From: Takakia lepidozioides | Lineage: Eukaryota; Plantae; Bryophyta | Length of the DNA: 64,000 bases | Direction: 5' to 3' | NCBI GenBank assembly: GCA_030704615.1 | Contig: CM060734.1 | Location: forward strand, 29,512,001-29,576,000 | Part shown: one piece after another, positions 49,301 to 64,000 of the stretch | Position numbering within the stretch: the stretch's first letter is position 1 | Layout: each line of letters starts with the position of its first letter | Made by a program: the position numbers and the translations under genes | The notes under the pieces: generated by a model | Seen by the model: only the letters and a program-made list of their open reading frames with translations | Told to the model about the DNA's origin: nothing | The model's database searches: none

Positions 49301-51129
49301 ACCATCCTTAGGAAATTGACCTCGATGTTGCTTCCCTTCCAAGCAACCTTTGCATAGACGCATATCGCTCATCTCCTTCAATGGTAGTCCTTCCACAAGA
49401 TGGCTTGAGAGTTGCATCTGTCTCAACTTCTTAATGCTTACATGACCTAACCTTCTATGCCACAACTCTGTTTCTGACATGACAGGTGTAGATCCCAACT
49501 GTGGTGAAAATGTGGTAAGAGCACTAGAGACATGATGTTGTAATCTATACAAGCAATTATCAAGAATAGCTCTTGCTACCACAGCTCCTGAGCTATCTGT
49601 GATAGTACAACTCTCATCTTGGAATACCACTCTGTATCCCTTTGCAACAATTTGTCTTACAGACAGCAGGTTCTTTGTTAAAGTAGGGACATGTAGGACA
49701 TTTTCCACCTCTATGGTGACTGAGCCTTCCTCACCAATGACATGCTTGCTATCATCTCCCAAAAGAACATATTGTGTAGGTGAAAGAGATCTATAGGATA
49801 AGAAATGCTCTCTTTCTGAACTCATATGTTGAGATGCTCTTGAATCAACATACCACACATGCTTCTGTCTAGTAGTGGCTCAGAGAGACACAACAAATAG
49901 AATAGCATTCCTCTGATGAGTAGCTATGTTCCCTTGACTCTCTCTGTTGCGCTCATCTGCAATGCGCTTTCTACAATCCTTGATCATGTGACCAAGTTTC
50001 TTGCAATAAAAGCACCTCACTTTGGCCTTTTTTATCTTTGAGCTAGATTGAGATTTTTAAAACCTCTGGGACTTCTGAGACATATGTGAATGGAGTCTTC
50101 TATTCAAGACTACTCCAGTCTTGCCTGTGAACAAAGCTCTGTCTACCTCTGTAGACGTACCTTGACCTTTTCTTCTTGTTTCCTCCTTGAGGAGAAGTCC
50201 TATGACAACATCAATAGTTAAGTTGGTTTGTCCTGCTAGAGACACCACAAAACCATCATAGGATTCAGGTAAGGTTGCCAATAACACCACTGCGGCATGT
50301 TCATCAGTCACATAGACTAGTTGATCTCGCAACACATAAAACAAATTCAAGTGTTGTTCAATTGAGTCTGACTCGGTCATCTTCAGACCATAGAACTTTT
50401 GCGTCGCATATACTTGCGATGTGACATCATTTGTCTCATATATGCTTGTTAGCTTGTTCCAAACATCCTTAGCATTCTTAGCACTTATAATGAGATGCAA
50501 CTGATTGTCTCTCAAGCTTGTGATGATGCTAGCTCTTGCTTTCTGATCTTTCATATCCCATATGGCTTGGCCAACAATAGTGTCAAGTCTTGGGACTGAT
50601 CCATCAACCACTCTCCATAGATCTTTGTCTAGAAGGAACATCTCCATCCTAAACTTCCAGGTTTGATAGTTAGCTCCATTGAATCGATCTTCCACTCTTA
50701 CATCTAATGCACTCGTCATAGACATAGAAGGAGGATTGCTAGAAGACGACACTCCAGCCATAATCAAGTTCTCTCAATCTCAACTACCAACTCTCACCTA
50801 GAGAAGAATGGCTCTGATACCATGTTAGAATTGAGCAAGAACATGAACAAGAACTAAAGTCTTAGACTAAAGCTAAAACTAAAGCTCTCATCCCAACCAT
50901 AGAAGCCACCATCATACTCTTACACTTAGACTAGTGGCTTCACCCCCGAGCTTGTACAAGAACGTCTCTAGAAAGTCCTACTTGATCACTTCCACTTCCA
51001 CTATGGTGACCATCCACCTTCTAGATAAACACCTTCCAAAGGTGAGTTAAACAAGATAGTCTCTTAGACTTCTAAACCTTTGGCCTTCAAGACTCTTAGT
51101 CTTCTAGATATGTTTAATTACTTCCAACA
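46381..51129 (-). mobile_element. Full-length Ty1/copia LTR retrotransposon (inactivated)
   Basis: 307-bp LTRs tgttag...ccaaca at 46381-46687 and 50823-51129; TSD CGACA (46376-46380 and 51130-51134); PBS TGGTATCAGAGC (50822-50811); PPT TGAGTGGGAG next to 46688. Confidence 0.97.
46709..50761 (-). pseudogene. copia gag-PR-INT-RT-RH polyprotein with stops and frameshifts
   Basis: gag FNGANYQTWKFRM; knuckle CFYCKKLGHMIKDC (~50015-49975); PR WYVDSRASQHM; LWHRRLGH; INT RSDNGGEY; RT QMDVKTAFLNG, LYGLKQ, YVDD; RH ADADWAG, RTKHIEV. Confidence 0.95.
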
Positions 51130-52844
51130 CGACATTCATTTGGTTCATCCAAGTTTCCTAGCTCGTGATCCGACAACAACAATAGTATTCAAAAGCATAA
51201 GCGCCATCTGCGCATTCCCCCACTACGGGATTAGCGCTAGTTTCTAGATCAGTACGGTGACTTAGTTACAATCTGCGGCACCTCCGCCACTCCCCAGCTG
51301 AACACGCTCACTAGGCGCAATGCCAGCGGTCAGGCCTACTACATACACAGTCTTTGAGATATCGTTGCACCCACTGTGAACACTGCTTCTCCACCGGACA
51401 CTGCGGCATGGGACTCCTTATCGTCATGGCCGTCGCGAAGTCCAACTGCTTAACTGATTTATATAGTTTGATCAATGTTCACTCGATCCTCTCGAACGAC
51501 ACTGAGGATGTCCTAGTAAGTTCATCAAGCGCTGACATTCCTATATCTGCACGAAAAAACGAGTGTACAATTGTGATCAGGCCAAGCTAATAGTAAGAAT
51601 ATCACTGGAGAGTTTAGAAACACCTATTAAATGGGGTGCCGAGGAGTAGGTATGTGCTCGATAGAAGGAGACCAGTAGAGTACTGTGGAAATGCTGACAC
51701 TTACCCCAGTTCTAGTTGCAAATTCCTAAGTGATGTTGCTCCACATCTCTCCCGACTCGACATAGCCACCTTCTCTTTCGTTTTTTCACAGACGCAACCT
51801 CGATCACACGCATCTCCCCTCGCATTTGGAATGAAACGCTGAGCGCCATGTAGAAACAAAAGCGAAAAAAAATACAATCATGGGTATATGGGTGGAGAGT
51901 GGGAAAGCAAAACAATACATGAACAAAAGACCGCAAAAGCTGTTGGCCTCGCAACGCTCAAGCCTTTTTGCCAAGCTTTCCACCCTTTCCTCCTTTAGGA
52001 AGTCCAGAGGCCATGCTCCCCACACAAATTGTACATAGAGCACTTCTCTCTCTTCATCGTAGTAATGCTGACCTTTCCTGTTCTTTGGCGGCCTGCATGC
52101 ACATGCTTATGGTGTAAGCTCCTGCCTTCAAGGATTAATCGCACCAAAGGCGAAAGAGAGTAGGGAAGAAGAAATGGCTACCGGCTTTCACCAGTCTCCG
52201 GCCATTTACCTGTGGCTGTTATTGGTTAAAAACATATTTCATAAAAACAAAAAAACCAATACAGATTAATATTTGATGCTCATTAATATCAAGAGCAATG
52301 TTAACTAGTGAAGGTATATATGTTATGTTTGGGTGTTTCCCGGTGAAGGTATATCAGGACCTTCTCCCATTTTGGGAGCCAGTGTCCGGGAAATATTTTG
52401 AGTTGAACCAGCCAGTGGCCGCTCATTTTCAACACCAACCGGCTAAGTGGGTTGGGGGGTCGGCTGCTGCCCCTTAGTGGTAACTTCAGGCGGTCAATTT
52501 CCTACATATTGTTTTACAACCGATAATATTCCTTCTTCTTTTTTGTGTGTTCGGCTATAAATCCGGCCATTGTACATATCAACCGGTTCATTTCCTGCAA
52601 ATGAAAATTAAATTCGGCTGCATACAAATTCAACAAATGAACAACAATAAATAATCACAACCAATTTTAAGCAATTCAAACAAGTGCAGAAAAGTATCCT
52701 TGGCAGGAGTTGAACCTGTCAATGCCCTCCACCAGTTGGAGGCCAAGGATCGAACCCTTCTAAAATGCAAGGACCTCAACCAAAAGTTGAAGGGCCTTGA
52801 ATTTTAGAAGCGTTACCTATCTAAACAAACAAACAAACATAAAT

Positions 52845-55108
52845 TCAAAACTGCAAATCATCATTCGTACCTTCTGCATATGATGGCTTATCTTTTGGTT
52901 GTCCAGCTATTGGTTGTCCAGCTAAATATAGCTCAGGATGAGAGAACAAATGTCTGAAGTTTGTGGAGTTCTTCCACAAAGATATGGCCTCAATCAAAAC
53001 AGGTTGACATGCCTGCACACTTGGCCCTTCCAAAGCAACACGAAGCACACTTTCCAAGTTCTTTGTTTTCAACTTGTTTCGAAATTTAGTTTTGATTGAG
53101 TTTTGAACTGAGAACGCCCTCTCACATGCGGCAGTGCTTACACATTGAACTCGAGCAATTTCAGAAAGCACAAGCAAGTTTTCATACTTCATCGTTAGAG
53201 AAGGGTTCCAAGTCACCATGCCCCAAAGATCATTGAAAGTTTTCTCCATCCACTCGGTACTTGCCTGTAGTTTGAAAGCAAAGAACTCTCGTTTCACCGA
53301 TGCTATGTCAACAAGGGCAGGCAATGTCCTTCCTGCAATATGTCTTTCGACACCATAGTGCACACATAATATTTCCAACTCTACTACACCCCAACTTGCT
53401 AACCCCACTTGCCTAGTTGGTAGATTATATGGACTCAATATTTTGAATGCACTTACAACTCCGTTGTCCTCAAATCTGGCATCCAAAGCATTGCAAACAG
53501 CCTCTGCATAAAGCTTTTGGAAGGTAAGTGCTGCCTCCAAATCACCCCCCATCCTCTCTTGTGTCATTTGTACACCATGAAAATTGGATCCCCTAATCTC
53601 ATAGGCTAGCCGCCTCAAATACCCACCAGGAGGACCAAATTCCGGGATGATGTGATAACCCATCTCCTCATTGAAGGTGGATTGGTTCAAATCCGTGCTA
53701 TCCTCAATGAAAAACATTCGTATTTGTGCAATCTTTGTCTTAACTATGGACCCAATGCTGGTTACATCCACAAACTTCCATTGGAACACACGTGAGAGTA
53801 GAGATAGACCGTGCAACATATTAGCCAAAAAATACAAGACATAAATCATTTTGAATGACCTAAGCTTGTTATACAAAAGAGGGGCTGATCCATCATCATT
53901 GGCAACCGGCACATCTCTAAAATACGTGACAACACTCTCAAGACTATCACAAAGCGATGTCACGGCCTGCCACCTAAATATCCAACAAATCTTGTGAAAC
54001 CTTTTGAGGCACTTCTGAGCATCATTAAGCTCGGTCTGCAAAGCTTGCAAGGTTGCCTTATGCTTAGATGATTTGCGAAAATGACCAGCAAGAGAGTTCA
54101 AAAGTGTGTCAACCTCATTTGAAATAAGATGACATGCTGATGTCTTGGCAGCTTCTAATGCTGCCAAGTTGGTCCTATGTGCTACGCAATGGACGGCCAA
54201 CATAAGGGGTTTACCTTTTGCTTAAGACGAGCAGCCACGCCGGATCGAGCCCCCACCATGGTTGCTGCCCCATCCGAACCAAACCCCAAAAACTTATTTA
54301 CATCCAAACCCCACTCTTTCAAACTAGTTAGTAAACACTCATATATCATTGCGGCATCCTTCTTGCCATCAATAATCTGAAGTAATCCCAAAAACAGAAT
54401 GACTGGCAAACCCTCTTCAACAAAAGAAGCAAAAACAACAAGATGACCGGTCACTGAAATATCAGTTGACTCATCTATCATGATTCCATAGTACTTGGAA
54501 TCCTTCACTCTATCCAACACATTTTTCTGAACAACACATGAGATACAATACAATATATCAGCACATGACTTCTCATCATGGTACAGTTTCTGGGTAATAC
54601 AAGCTTTGAGAGTAACCAAAAGTTGACACAAACCTGGAAATTTGCTAAATGGCAAGGCCTCCAAACCAATGTAGTAAGCAACTTGGAAAAGAGCCAAAAC
54701 AACATCATCACAAGCTCGATTAGCACTAGCTATGGCTTTCTCCATGGTTTTCTTACCAGATTGTAGGGCCCAAGAGAACTTACGATGCTCTTCTGACCTA
54801 GCATGGTCTTGGAATGAACTCACCTTGACATTGACAGAACCAGCATTTGCAAAGACTGTCCTCCCTCCTTTCCCTCTACAAACTTTATAAAAAACCCTAC
54901 TTAGATCATGGTTAAACTCAATCCAATCAAATTGAGTGTACCAAACATCTTTCCATGCTTTCTGGGCTGCCTCTACACTATTCGATGGCTTGTCCATACC
55001 ACTTGAAGATGAGGCAGGGGGGACAGCGGAAGGAGACTCCTCATCACAATCACCAGTGCGACCAACCCTAAATAACATATTTCTTAGATTCCTTTGGCGC
55101 TTGGCCAT
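52845..55108 (-). pseudogene. hAT transposase (ZNF862/DUF4371-like) with one frameshift near 54205
   Basis: IMIDESTD, GSDGAATMVG, HCVAHR, STAACERAFS; two ORFs (54182-55270 and 52845-54203) overlapping in different frames; likely start MAKRQR at 55108. Confidence 0.9.
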
Positions 55109-55159
55109 AGCCAAGACCTTACAAAATACAAATTTATAGCACGGAAATTGCAACAAGGA

Positions 55160-56115
55160 AGGGCCAGCGAGTGCAAGCAAGCGGGAGCGTCGGCAGCACA
55201 TCAACATACAGCCAGTGGTAAGTGTAGGCCCCGGCAGGTGAGCTTTGGACTTAGCAAAGAACGAGTGCAAGGCCTGCCAACTGCCTGAAGCAAATCAGAA
55301 AATAGAAGGGGAGGTGGGTCAGAAATGGGTGGGAGGTGAGATGCAGCCCTCCCAGCCGCCTTTGCCCGACACAAAATAGACACAGCTTGTGCCTGCTGCA
55401 AAGCAACAGAAACCGTGGTCGAAAGAACGGTAGAAGAACCGAAGGGGGAGGCCTACCAATGCCCTTGTTTTTTACTGCATGATGAGCACAAAGTATGCAG
55501 AAAGTCATGTAGTTGTAGACTTCGAAAGGCAAAAGTCATAACCTCTCACTAGGAAAAGCAAGGACATAACCAAATGAAACAAAGACTCATGCCTGGGCCT
55601 TGAAGTGTGGTAGCACGCAGCGAGTGCAAGCAAGCGGGAGCGTCGGCAGCACATCAATATACAGCCAGTGGTAAGTGCGGGCCCGGCAGGTGAACAAACC
55701 AATGTTTGAGGGTCAAATGTGGTCATTGTGAATATTCCTTTAGGGTTAGTGACGATGGGGTGGTCGCAGTTGGTCAGATTGTTGTGTCTGGGCCTTGAAG
55801 TGTGGTAGCACGCAGCGAGTGCAAGCAGGCGGGAGCGTCGGCAGCACATCAATATACAGCCAGTTGTAAGTGCGGGCCCGGCAGGTGAGCAAAGGACTTA
55901 GCAAAGAACGAGTGCAAGGCTCTTCTAGGGTTTGCCCCCAACCACCCTGGCTCCGTCCGTTGGATGTAACCAGGCCTGGGCCCTGGCATGCTGGATTTCC
56001 GCCACGTGGCAAGGCTCTTCTAGTCTCTTCTAGGGTTTGCCCCAACCACCTTTACCCCGTCCATTGGATGTAACCAGGCCTGGCCCTGGCATGCTGGATT
56101 TCCGCCACGTGGCAG
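55160..56115. repeat. Internal direct repeats in the hAT 5' region
   Basis: Three copies of cagcgagtgcaagc...ccggcaggtga (~55165, ~55617, ~55812) and two copies of ctcttctagggtttgcccc...gccacgtggca (~55920, ~56025). Confidence 0.85.
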
Positions 56116-57649
56116 CATTCAACGGCCATTTTCCGTTTTCTTATAAGATAAGAACGGCTGGAATCCGTCCAGGCGTGCCAACTAAGGCATATTTCCGGCA
56201 TTTACTGATACGGAAAGGCAAAAATCCGTCCTCTGAGTCAGGCACTCGGATGATTTCCTCTTGGGCCATTTTCTCCGTCGGTTCATTTTCCGGAGGTTTC
56301 ATGTCGTACCCGGAAATTCCAGGATGGCACTCGGCTGGCATGTAACTGGCTGTCGGTTCTTCCCGTTCATTGTTGGGAGCGATGCGTGGTCTCCTCATCC
56401 CTATCCTTTGGTAAGGGGGGATAGGGGAACGAGAACAATGGAGGGGGAGTCCAAGGATTTGAAGCATAGAAGATTGTCCAAAAGAGAAGCCACTTCAGAT
56501 TTCCCTAGAGATCCGCAACAATGAAGAGCCCGGGAGGTCTCCCTTGATTTTAACCCACGAAGGTGCCGGTATGGATCTCCCACAACCTGTGAAAAGATTT
56601 ATGAGGGAATTGAACCACCGATTTATAGAAGGGAAGTTGTTGATCTGCGCAGCAATCTTCGCATGGTCCATCTTCGTATTCCGCAACTTCAGTCATTTGT
56701 TTGAGATACAGTAGCCCTGGTGTTGCAGCTATGGGAGATTACCTCTACAGATCAATTCTTTTGCAGAATTGTTGTGTTCAAGTTGGGTTTATGCGTGCAA
56801 CCCTTCTTAATTAATGAAGAATCCTTGAGGAATCTATACCAATAACCCTGGAGGCTACCGTGACCCCATTTGAGGAGCAGCTAGTTAGCATGACTCGACG
56901 AAGATTGTAAGACCAGCAGTCAGCTACTTCATGCGATGTTATAACCAGAAACTGGTCAACAGAAATTTAACTAGTTCCAATTTCCAGAAGTGAACATAAT
57001 TTGCTGCAACAATGTACCCCACCAAGTCTGGATCCAAGAATTTCCTCGCAAGAATTTCATTGGGCGATGAAGAAGCTTGCAATTATCGTTAATTTCTGGT
57101 GCAATGGATACATGGCTGATCTATCCTCTGGAATCGCCGTTATAAGAACACTTCCATCATGTTATATTATGCTGGGATTTTTACTCTCCCATCAAATTAA
57201 TCCTACGCTGAAGATAAGATGCCCCTTTCAAAAAAATTGACTATTTACTTTTTTCAAATCCTAGAACACCCACAGATGTCCAAGGCCAAGATTTGGACCT
57301 CAGAAAACCAGCAGTTGAAATGACAAACTAATTGGAAAGAAAATATATTCCAAGAGGCTGCCTCTGCTAAGTTTGCAACATGATAAGTTCAATGTTTGAC
57401 ACTAAATTGCTGTCAAAAGAAAAGAACATAAATGAAAATTGAGAGTGTTTAATGGACAATTTGAACATGTCGTGATTGTGTATGAGAGTAACGATACCTA
57501 TACGACCGAAGAGTGAAATTTGTAAGTAACGTTTGTGTTTGAGTAGCCTGGAATGGGATTTGAATGTGACAGTGGACCTCTCCAATATCGCTGTTTAGGA
57601 TGCACAGTAATACTAGTAGAGGGATGTTCACGATTAAGTGCTCAGTAGC

Positions 57650-58437
57650 CAAACTTGAAGGTGTGGCTGGTGAATCGCAAAGAACGAGTATGGACTGTTC
57701 ATGTAGACACACTAGGGTAACATAGAAGAAAATATATCATGAAACTTCCTGAAGTAAACTTCAGTTTTGGGCTGATGTGGGTCTCGGGCCAGACTTAGGA
57801 GGCCAGATATGGGAGATAATCTCTGTAGCAATTCAATCAATTTAAATATGAGCAATCAGCAATCAAGGTTACCATGGCCGACTAACCAAATCAAGGGTAG
57901 TGTTGGTGAGAACGGTGATTTAATTATAGGAAAGGGTTTTCAGGATACTAGGTGACGAAATGTGGGCCACCTGCATCTCGGCGCTCCTCTACGGGCGATG
58001 ATACTTTCTCTGTGATCCTGTGGAAATGTAACATCATTGAAAAGAAAGGTCACGCATCTCTAGGTATGTGTGATAAAACCAGATCAGTCACATGTGGGAT
58101 AGTTTTCTCGGTTCCGCTGCAACGATCTCATGTTTTGACTACGACTTAACTAGCTGGAGTTTGCACAAGATGAGTTCACTTCTATCATGAACGGCTTCAG
58201 AAAGATTGAAACAATCCAAAGCACGGGTTTTAATTGAAATTAGTGGTTTAACATGATCAACCAGAATCATGTGGAGTCTCAACTACTGTGCCTTGCCTGA
58301 CACCGGCAGTGGGGGCAGAGCGTCCGGTCTCGGCCGGGTCCCAATCGGCCATAGCCCGAGTGATGGTAGTCTTTCCACAACCCGTTTCACACCTTGACGT
58401 CCTTCTCGTGCCGCGGAATCGTCGTCCTCATTGCCAT
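57650..58437 (-). pseudogene. Decayed Rab-like small GTPase gene, most resembling IFT22/RABL5
   Basis: MAMRTTIPRHEKDVKV, frameshift, then ETGCGKTTITRAMADWDPAETGRSAPTAGV. A GC-AG intron (58296-58018) joins in phase to R-ITEKV. Downstream exons are only weakly recognisable. Confidence 0.5.
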
Positions 58438-58931
58438 CAAATCCTGCTAAACCTTTCCAAACTTTGAATCTGACACAGAAACTGCACAAGAAGGAACACT
58501 TCTCGAGAGAGATAATGCCGAAGTTCAAGAATTTTCGCTAACACAATTTCCCCCGCATGAATCCCACAGCTCCAGTGCAAGTTTCTAGGCAAGTTTGAGT
58601 GCAACGGCCACTGCATTTCCTCCTTGAAGTGCGAGGAGGAGATGTCCCAGGGTGATGACACCAGAATACCGTTGGTCGTTCCGATAACTAGGTTAGGGAT
58701 CTCCATGCCAAGAAATTAGGCCTGGGTTGATTAAGCTAGGTTTGGTGTCACCGGTCCAACTTTGTAGGCCTGGATTCAGTGAGGTCTTAGGGTTGGTAAA
58801 GAAGAAATCTGTGTGCTGAGGCAGAGGGCAATTCGGAGAGCTTCCTTTCTCTCTCTGTCGCTTGCCGCCATCGTCGTGCTCGAAGCTCTGTTGCTGGGCA
58901 GCAGGCCAGTCACCCTCGACAACAGTCAAAG

Positions 58932-60748
<1,817 letters not shown>

Positions 60749-62379
60749 GCTGTCCGCTTCTGGATGAGCCACAGAAATTGCAGTGGGTGGCAGAGGAGTT
60801 GGGGTGCAAGCAAATGACCTTAATGTCTTTTGAATAAAAGGCGAGGTGAACTTTTAAGCATTAAGATACGCATGAACACTGTGAGCTTTGGTGTTCCATA
60901 TGATAGGTGAATGCCTGTAAGTGCAATTCAACATATACATGGGTACCCCTAACTTCCCCTTTGGAGACTTCTGTCACTGCACCAAAATAGCCCACTTAAC
61001 TAACAGGTGTCATGTGCCAATAATGCCCTGCCATGAACTTGGACATTAATGTGCCTGATGCATGTATAATTGTAAAAGAAAAAATCTGCACAGAGTTCCA
61101 TTCGAATGACATTCATACAAGCACCTCCACCAGCTAAGAAAGGGCTCAAATTTGCACACCCGTCACCCTTCGTGGAGCAAGAGACTTGGACCCCATTACC
61201 ACCAATCACTGCGTCAAGACACGAGGAACCATCGCCTTCAACCAATTCAACGATTGCAGATGGTACCTCTGAACATTGTAGTATGGCTTAAGACAGTTAT
61301 AGAAAGAGTCATGCTATGTGGACACGACACTACAGATGACTTGGACCTAGTCTAATATCCTAAATCGGAACATGGTTGGCGCTTAAGAATTGCAAATTAT
61401 AATATACTTGGTGGGCAATGTGCTATATACAATGAGACATTGCTGAAAGTCAGATGGGATATCACCTTCGATGCAGCACTATTAGAAACAATGCATCTTG
61501 TACCAATTGACCAAAATCCAACTCCTTCGCACTCTTTCAAGCACGTTCGGCCATAATTTGGAAGATCTGCACCTCGGAGACACTCGTTTCATGGATGTAT
61601 TGGGGACAAGCTACGCAGTGAGCAACTCACATGAGTGCTCATGCTTTGCCCACAAAGCGTGAGCAGATTTAGAGTAAGCGTGAGCAAAATCAAGAAACAG
61701 AGCCTATATCCGTGGGCAGGAGGGGGCCTATTACTGCGGATGGAAAGCGTTCAGAAATGGAGATTGTGGAAACCATATAGGGGACAAAATGGAAACAGAT
61801 TGGAAACGGAAACAACAGACTCCTTAGGCATCGATGACATACAATGATAAAGGCAGACCTCCTGCGGAGGAAATAAACGAAGACTGTATTTGCCTCAACA
61901 CAAGCATAATCTGTGACTCCCACGAATACACAACTCACAAGACGCGATGTGCTTCTTACACCAGAGCAAAATAATCAACATTATGAATAAAGTGTGGTTC
62001 TGTTTAATGAAGCACAATCCACCTCTATTTGATAGAACTAAGCAGGAACAAAAGGTGGCTCGTAGATGGGCTGAATTCTTCTACAATGATATATCTCTAT
62101 GTCAAGAGGGCCAAAATGAAGAAAAAATAAATTAGGCAAAGACTACAAAGTAACCAAGATGATTCAAAATTCAATTCAAATCTGTAACATCATTGCTTAC
62201 AATGAAGACAAGAGCAATCACGTGAAGTACTTTGTCAATGCTGCGAACATTATGAGCATTTCATATTGTATGTGAGCCATCTCTCTACATTTAAAGTCTA
62301 TGGACATCATTGTAACCTAGAGCACTTCCAATTCATATAATGAGTAAGAGTAATGACTCTACCAATAATTATTGAGTTG

Positions 62380-62505
62380 TGCAGTCAAAGTCATTAAAAT
62401 GACTCTTTCTGAGTGATTAAAATGATTCTTCCTGAGTGATTAAAATGACCCTGAGTAATTAGAATGACTCTGACTGAGTGATTAAAATGACTCAAGTGAT
62501 TCATT
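62380..62505. repeat. Short degenerate tandem repeat (gagtgattaaaatgac)
   Basis: About five copies of a ~20-bp unit. Confidence 0.7.
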
Positions 62506-62814
62506 CTGATAGTAGTGAAGTTACTTAGTACTACTGATAAAGTCGATGGAGCACTACATAGAGTAATACTAATCACTATAATACTCACAATCATTTACAG
62601 TACAATTAGACATAGACAAGGCAACTCAATTCTTTACTAAGAAATTTTTTGCAACATGTATAATCTCAAAAGAATGTTGTCAAAATATATACATCATCCC
62701 ATCTTGTACTTATCCACAGAGTCTGAGTCCCAAAATTGTAACAAATACCGTATGAATGATAAACTAAATAAAAAGTCTAAATAGTCCAAGTCATTCGGTG
62801 GCTGTGGCACAGGT

Positions 62815-63060
62815 GTACACCTCTTCAAGCACTTCTTAGGCCATACTGTAAAAGTATCCTTGACATGTTTCAGTAAGGTTTGAGGAGGATCATCGTTGTC
62901 ATTAGGAACAGGCAAGGGTACACTATTCTCGTCATATTAACCTTCAAGAACCCCTCATCTATGTCTTTGCCATGGAACTTATCATTGCCAGAAAATTCCA
63001 AATCTAGGTCACTGCTGTTTGTCTCCTTTATCTGCAGGGTTCATGAGATGCACCATTTTG
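62815..63060 (-). mobile_element. CACTA TnpA-like (Tnp1/En/Spm-type) domain remnant
   Basis: KFHGKDIDEGFLKVNMTRIVYP, frameshift, LPVPNDNDDPPQTLLKHVKDTFTVWP. Confidence 0.55.
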
Positions 63061-63327
63061 AACTTTTTGCACACCCAAACCTCAAACCCAGTCATTATTG
63101 GAAGCTAAAGTAAAGTGTAGAAAGAAATAAAGAACTTAGGTGTAGATGTGTACCTTATATCTTAGGCTCTAACGGGAGGACGGTGGGGGCTGCCTGCACA
63201 TGAGTGATAGGCCTTGATGCAGCCATCCTCTTGGAAAAAGAGACCTCTTTAGACTTAGTATGTGGACTGCATAGCATGTGGACTGTAGGTGACCTCCAAG
63301 TCAGCCTTAGTCTTTACTTAAGTAAAC

Positions 63328-64000
63328 CAGTTGTCGTGCACCTAAGCATCCTGCCACAACATACATCGCTGTCCACCATACATTCTAAGCACACAATCCT
63401 AGAAAGCTATGCCACAATAGATAATGAAAGTGAACACAATAGAAACACTTCACTCTTGAATCCACTCAATCACATAAACTAAGTCAAGCCAAGGGCACCC
63501 TTGCTAAGGGAATCCACCCTACAAAGCCCTCAACACACCCCTTCTCAATACCTAGAGCTATGGAGGTGAGAGATGCTCATGGAGGCTCAACTACAAGAAG
63601 ATGAGCCCTCCTCAACACTCACAAGGGGAAAACCCATCCCCATGTGCCAAGTGAGGTTTGACACCTAACTTGGCATGTGAGACCAAATGAAGTCCCAACA
63701 CACAAAATACAAATATAAATATCCAAAATGTCCTAGTTACTAGAAGTAGGTAATTCTAGTTAACCATGACTAAAACCATGACAGCTGTCATGCACCTAAG
63801 CATCGTGCCACAACATACATCGCTATCCACCATACATTCTAAGCACACAATCCTAGAGAGCTATGCCACAATCGCCCCCCTAGCTGATGTTTAGGTCCTT
63901 CTAACACCGGATAGCTGACAAGTATCCATCTCAATAAGATTATCGCTTGGTCTTCAATCGCACATCTCCCAATTTTCTAAAGTATATGGATCAAGAGGCC
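63328..64000 (-). mobile_element. Probable 3' LTR and PPT of an LTR retrotransposon extending past the right edge
   Basis: Minus strand CTAGGGGGGCGAT followed by TGTGGCA at 63870; ~91-bp direct repeat at 63328-63418 and 63782-63872. Confidence 0.55.

Larger units (their letters stand above)
52380..56372 (-). mobile_element. hAT DNA transposon, 3993 bp, with both ends
   Basis: 8-bp TSD TTGGGAGC (52372-52379 and 56373-56380); imperfect TIRs CAGTGTCCGGGAA / CAATGAACGGGAA. Confidence 0.9.

Noticed and set aside
56400-56590. WD40-like RLWEIHTG exon on the minus strand
   Set aside because: Too short and followed by a stop; cannot be supported without a search.
61000-62150. Possible LINE 3' remnant
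   Set aside because: Only vague Trp-rich fragments; no diagnostic motif.

Overview
Eukaryotic, repeat-rich land-plant DNA. Spliceosomal introns, plant LTR elements and a PPR E/E+/DYW remnant are present; a decayed IFT22-like gene hints at a flagellated non-seed plant (inference). The standout is at 1-4200 on the minus strand: a decayed Ty3/gypsy retrotransposon whose polyprotein runs gag (two Zn knuckles) - aspartic protease - complete DNMT3/DRM-like C5 cytosine methyltransferase - reverse transcriptase. The RT runs off the left edge and is missed by the ORF track. Three TSD-bounded elements follow: a chromovirus gypsy (16422-22588), a Ty1/copia (46381-51129) and a hAT (52380-56372). The window also has Sola-like, Plavaka-like, CACTA-like and CRE-like fragments, a SINE inside a long inverted repeat, and a mitochondrial uL13 exon fragment. 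The one apparently intact host gene is an 11-exon ABCB half-transporter (33727-42143) with a TAPL-like N-terminal membrane domain and a 5'-truncated LINE in intron 9. An RPS14 copy carries inactivating lesions. All calls were made by eye, without database searches.
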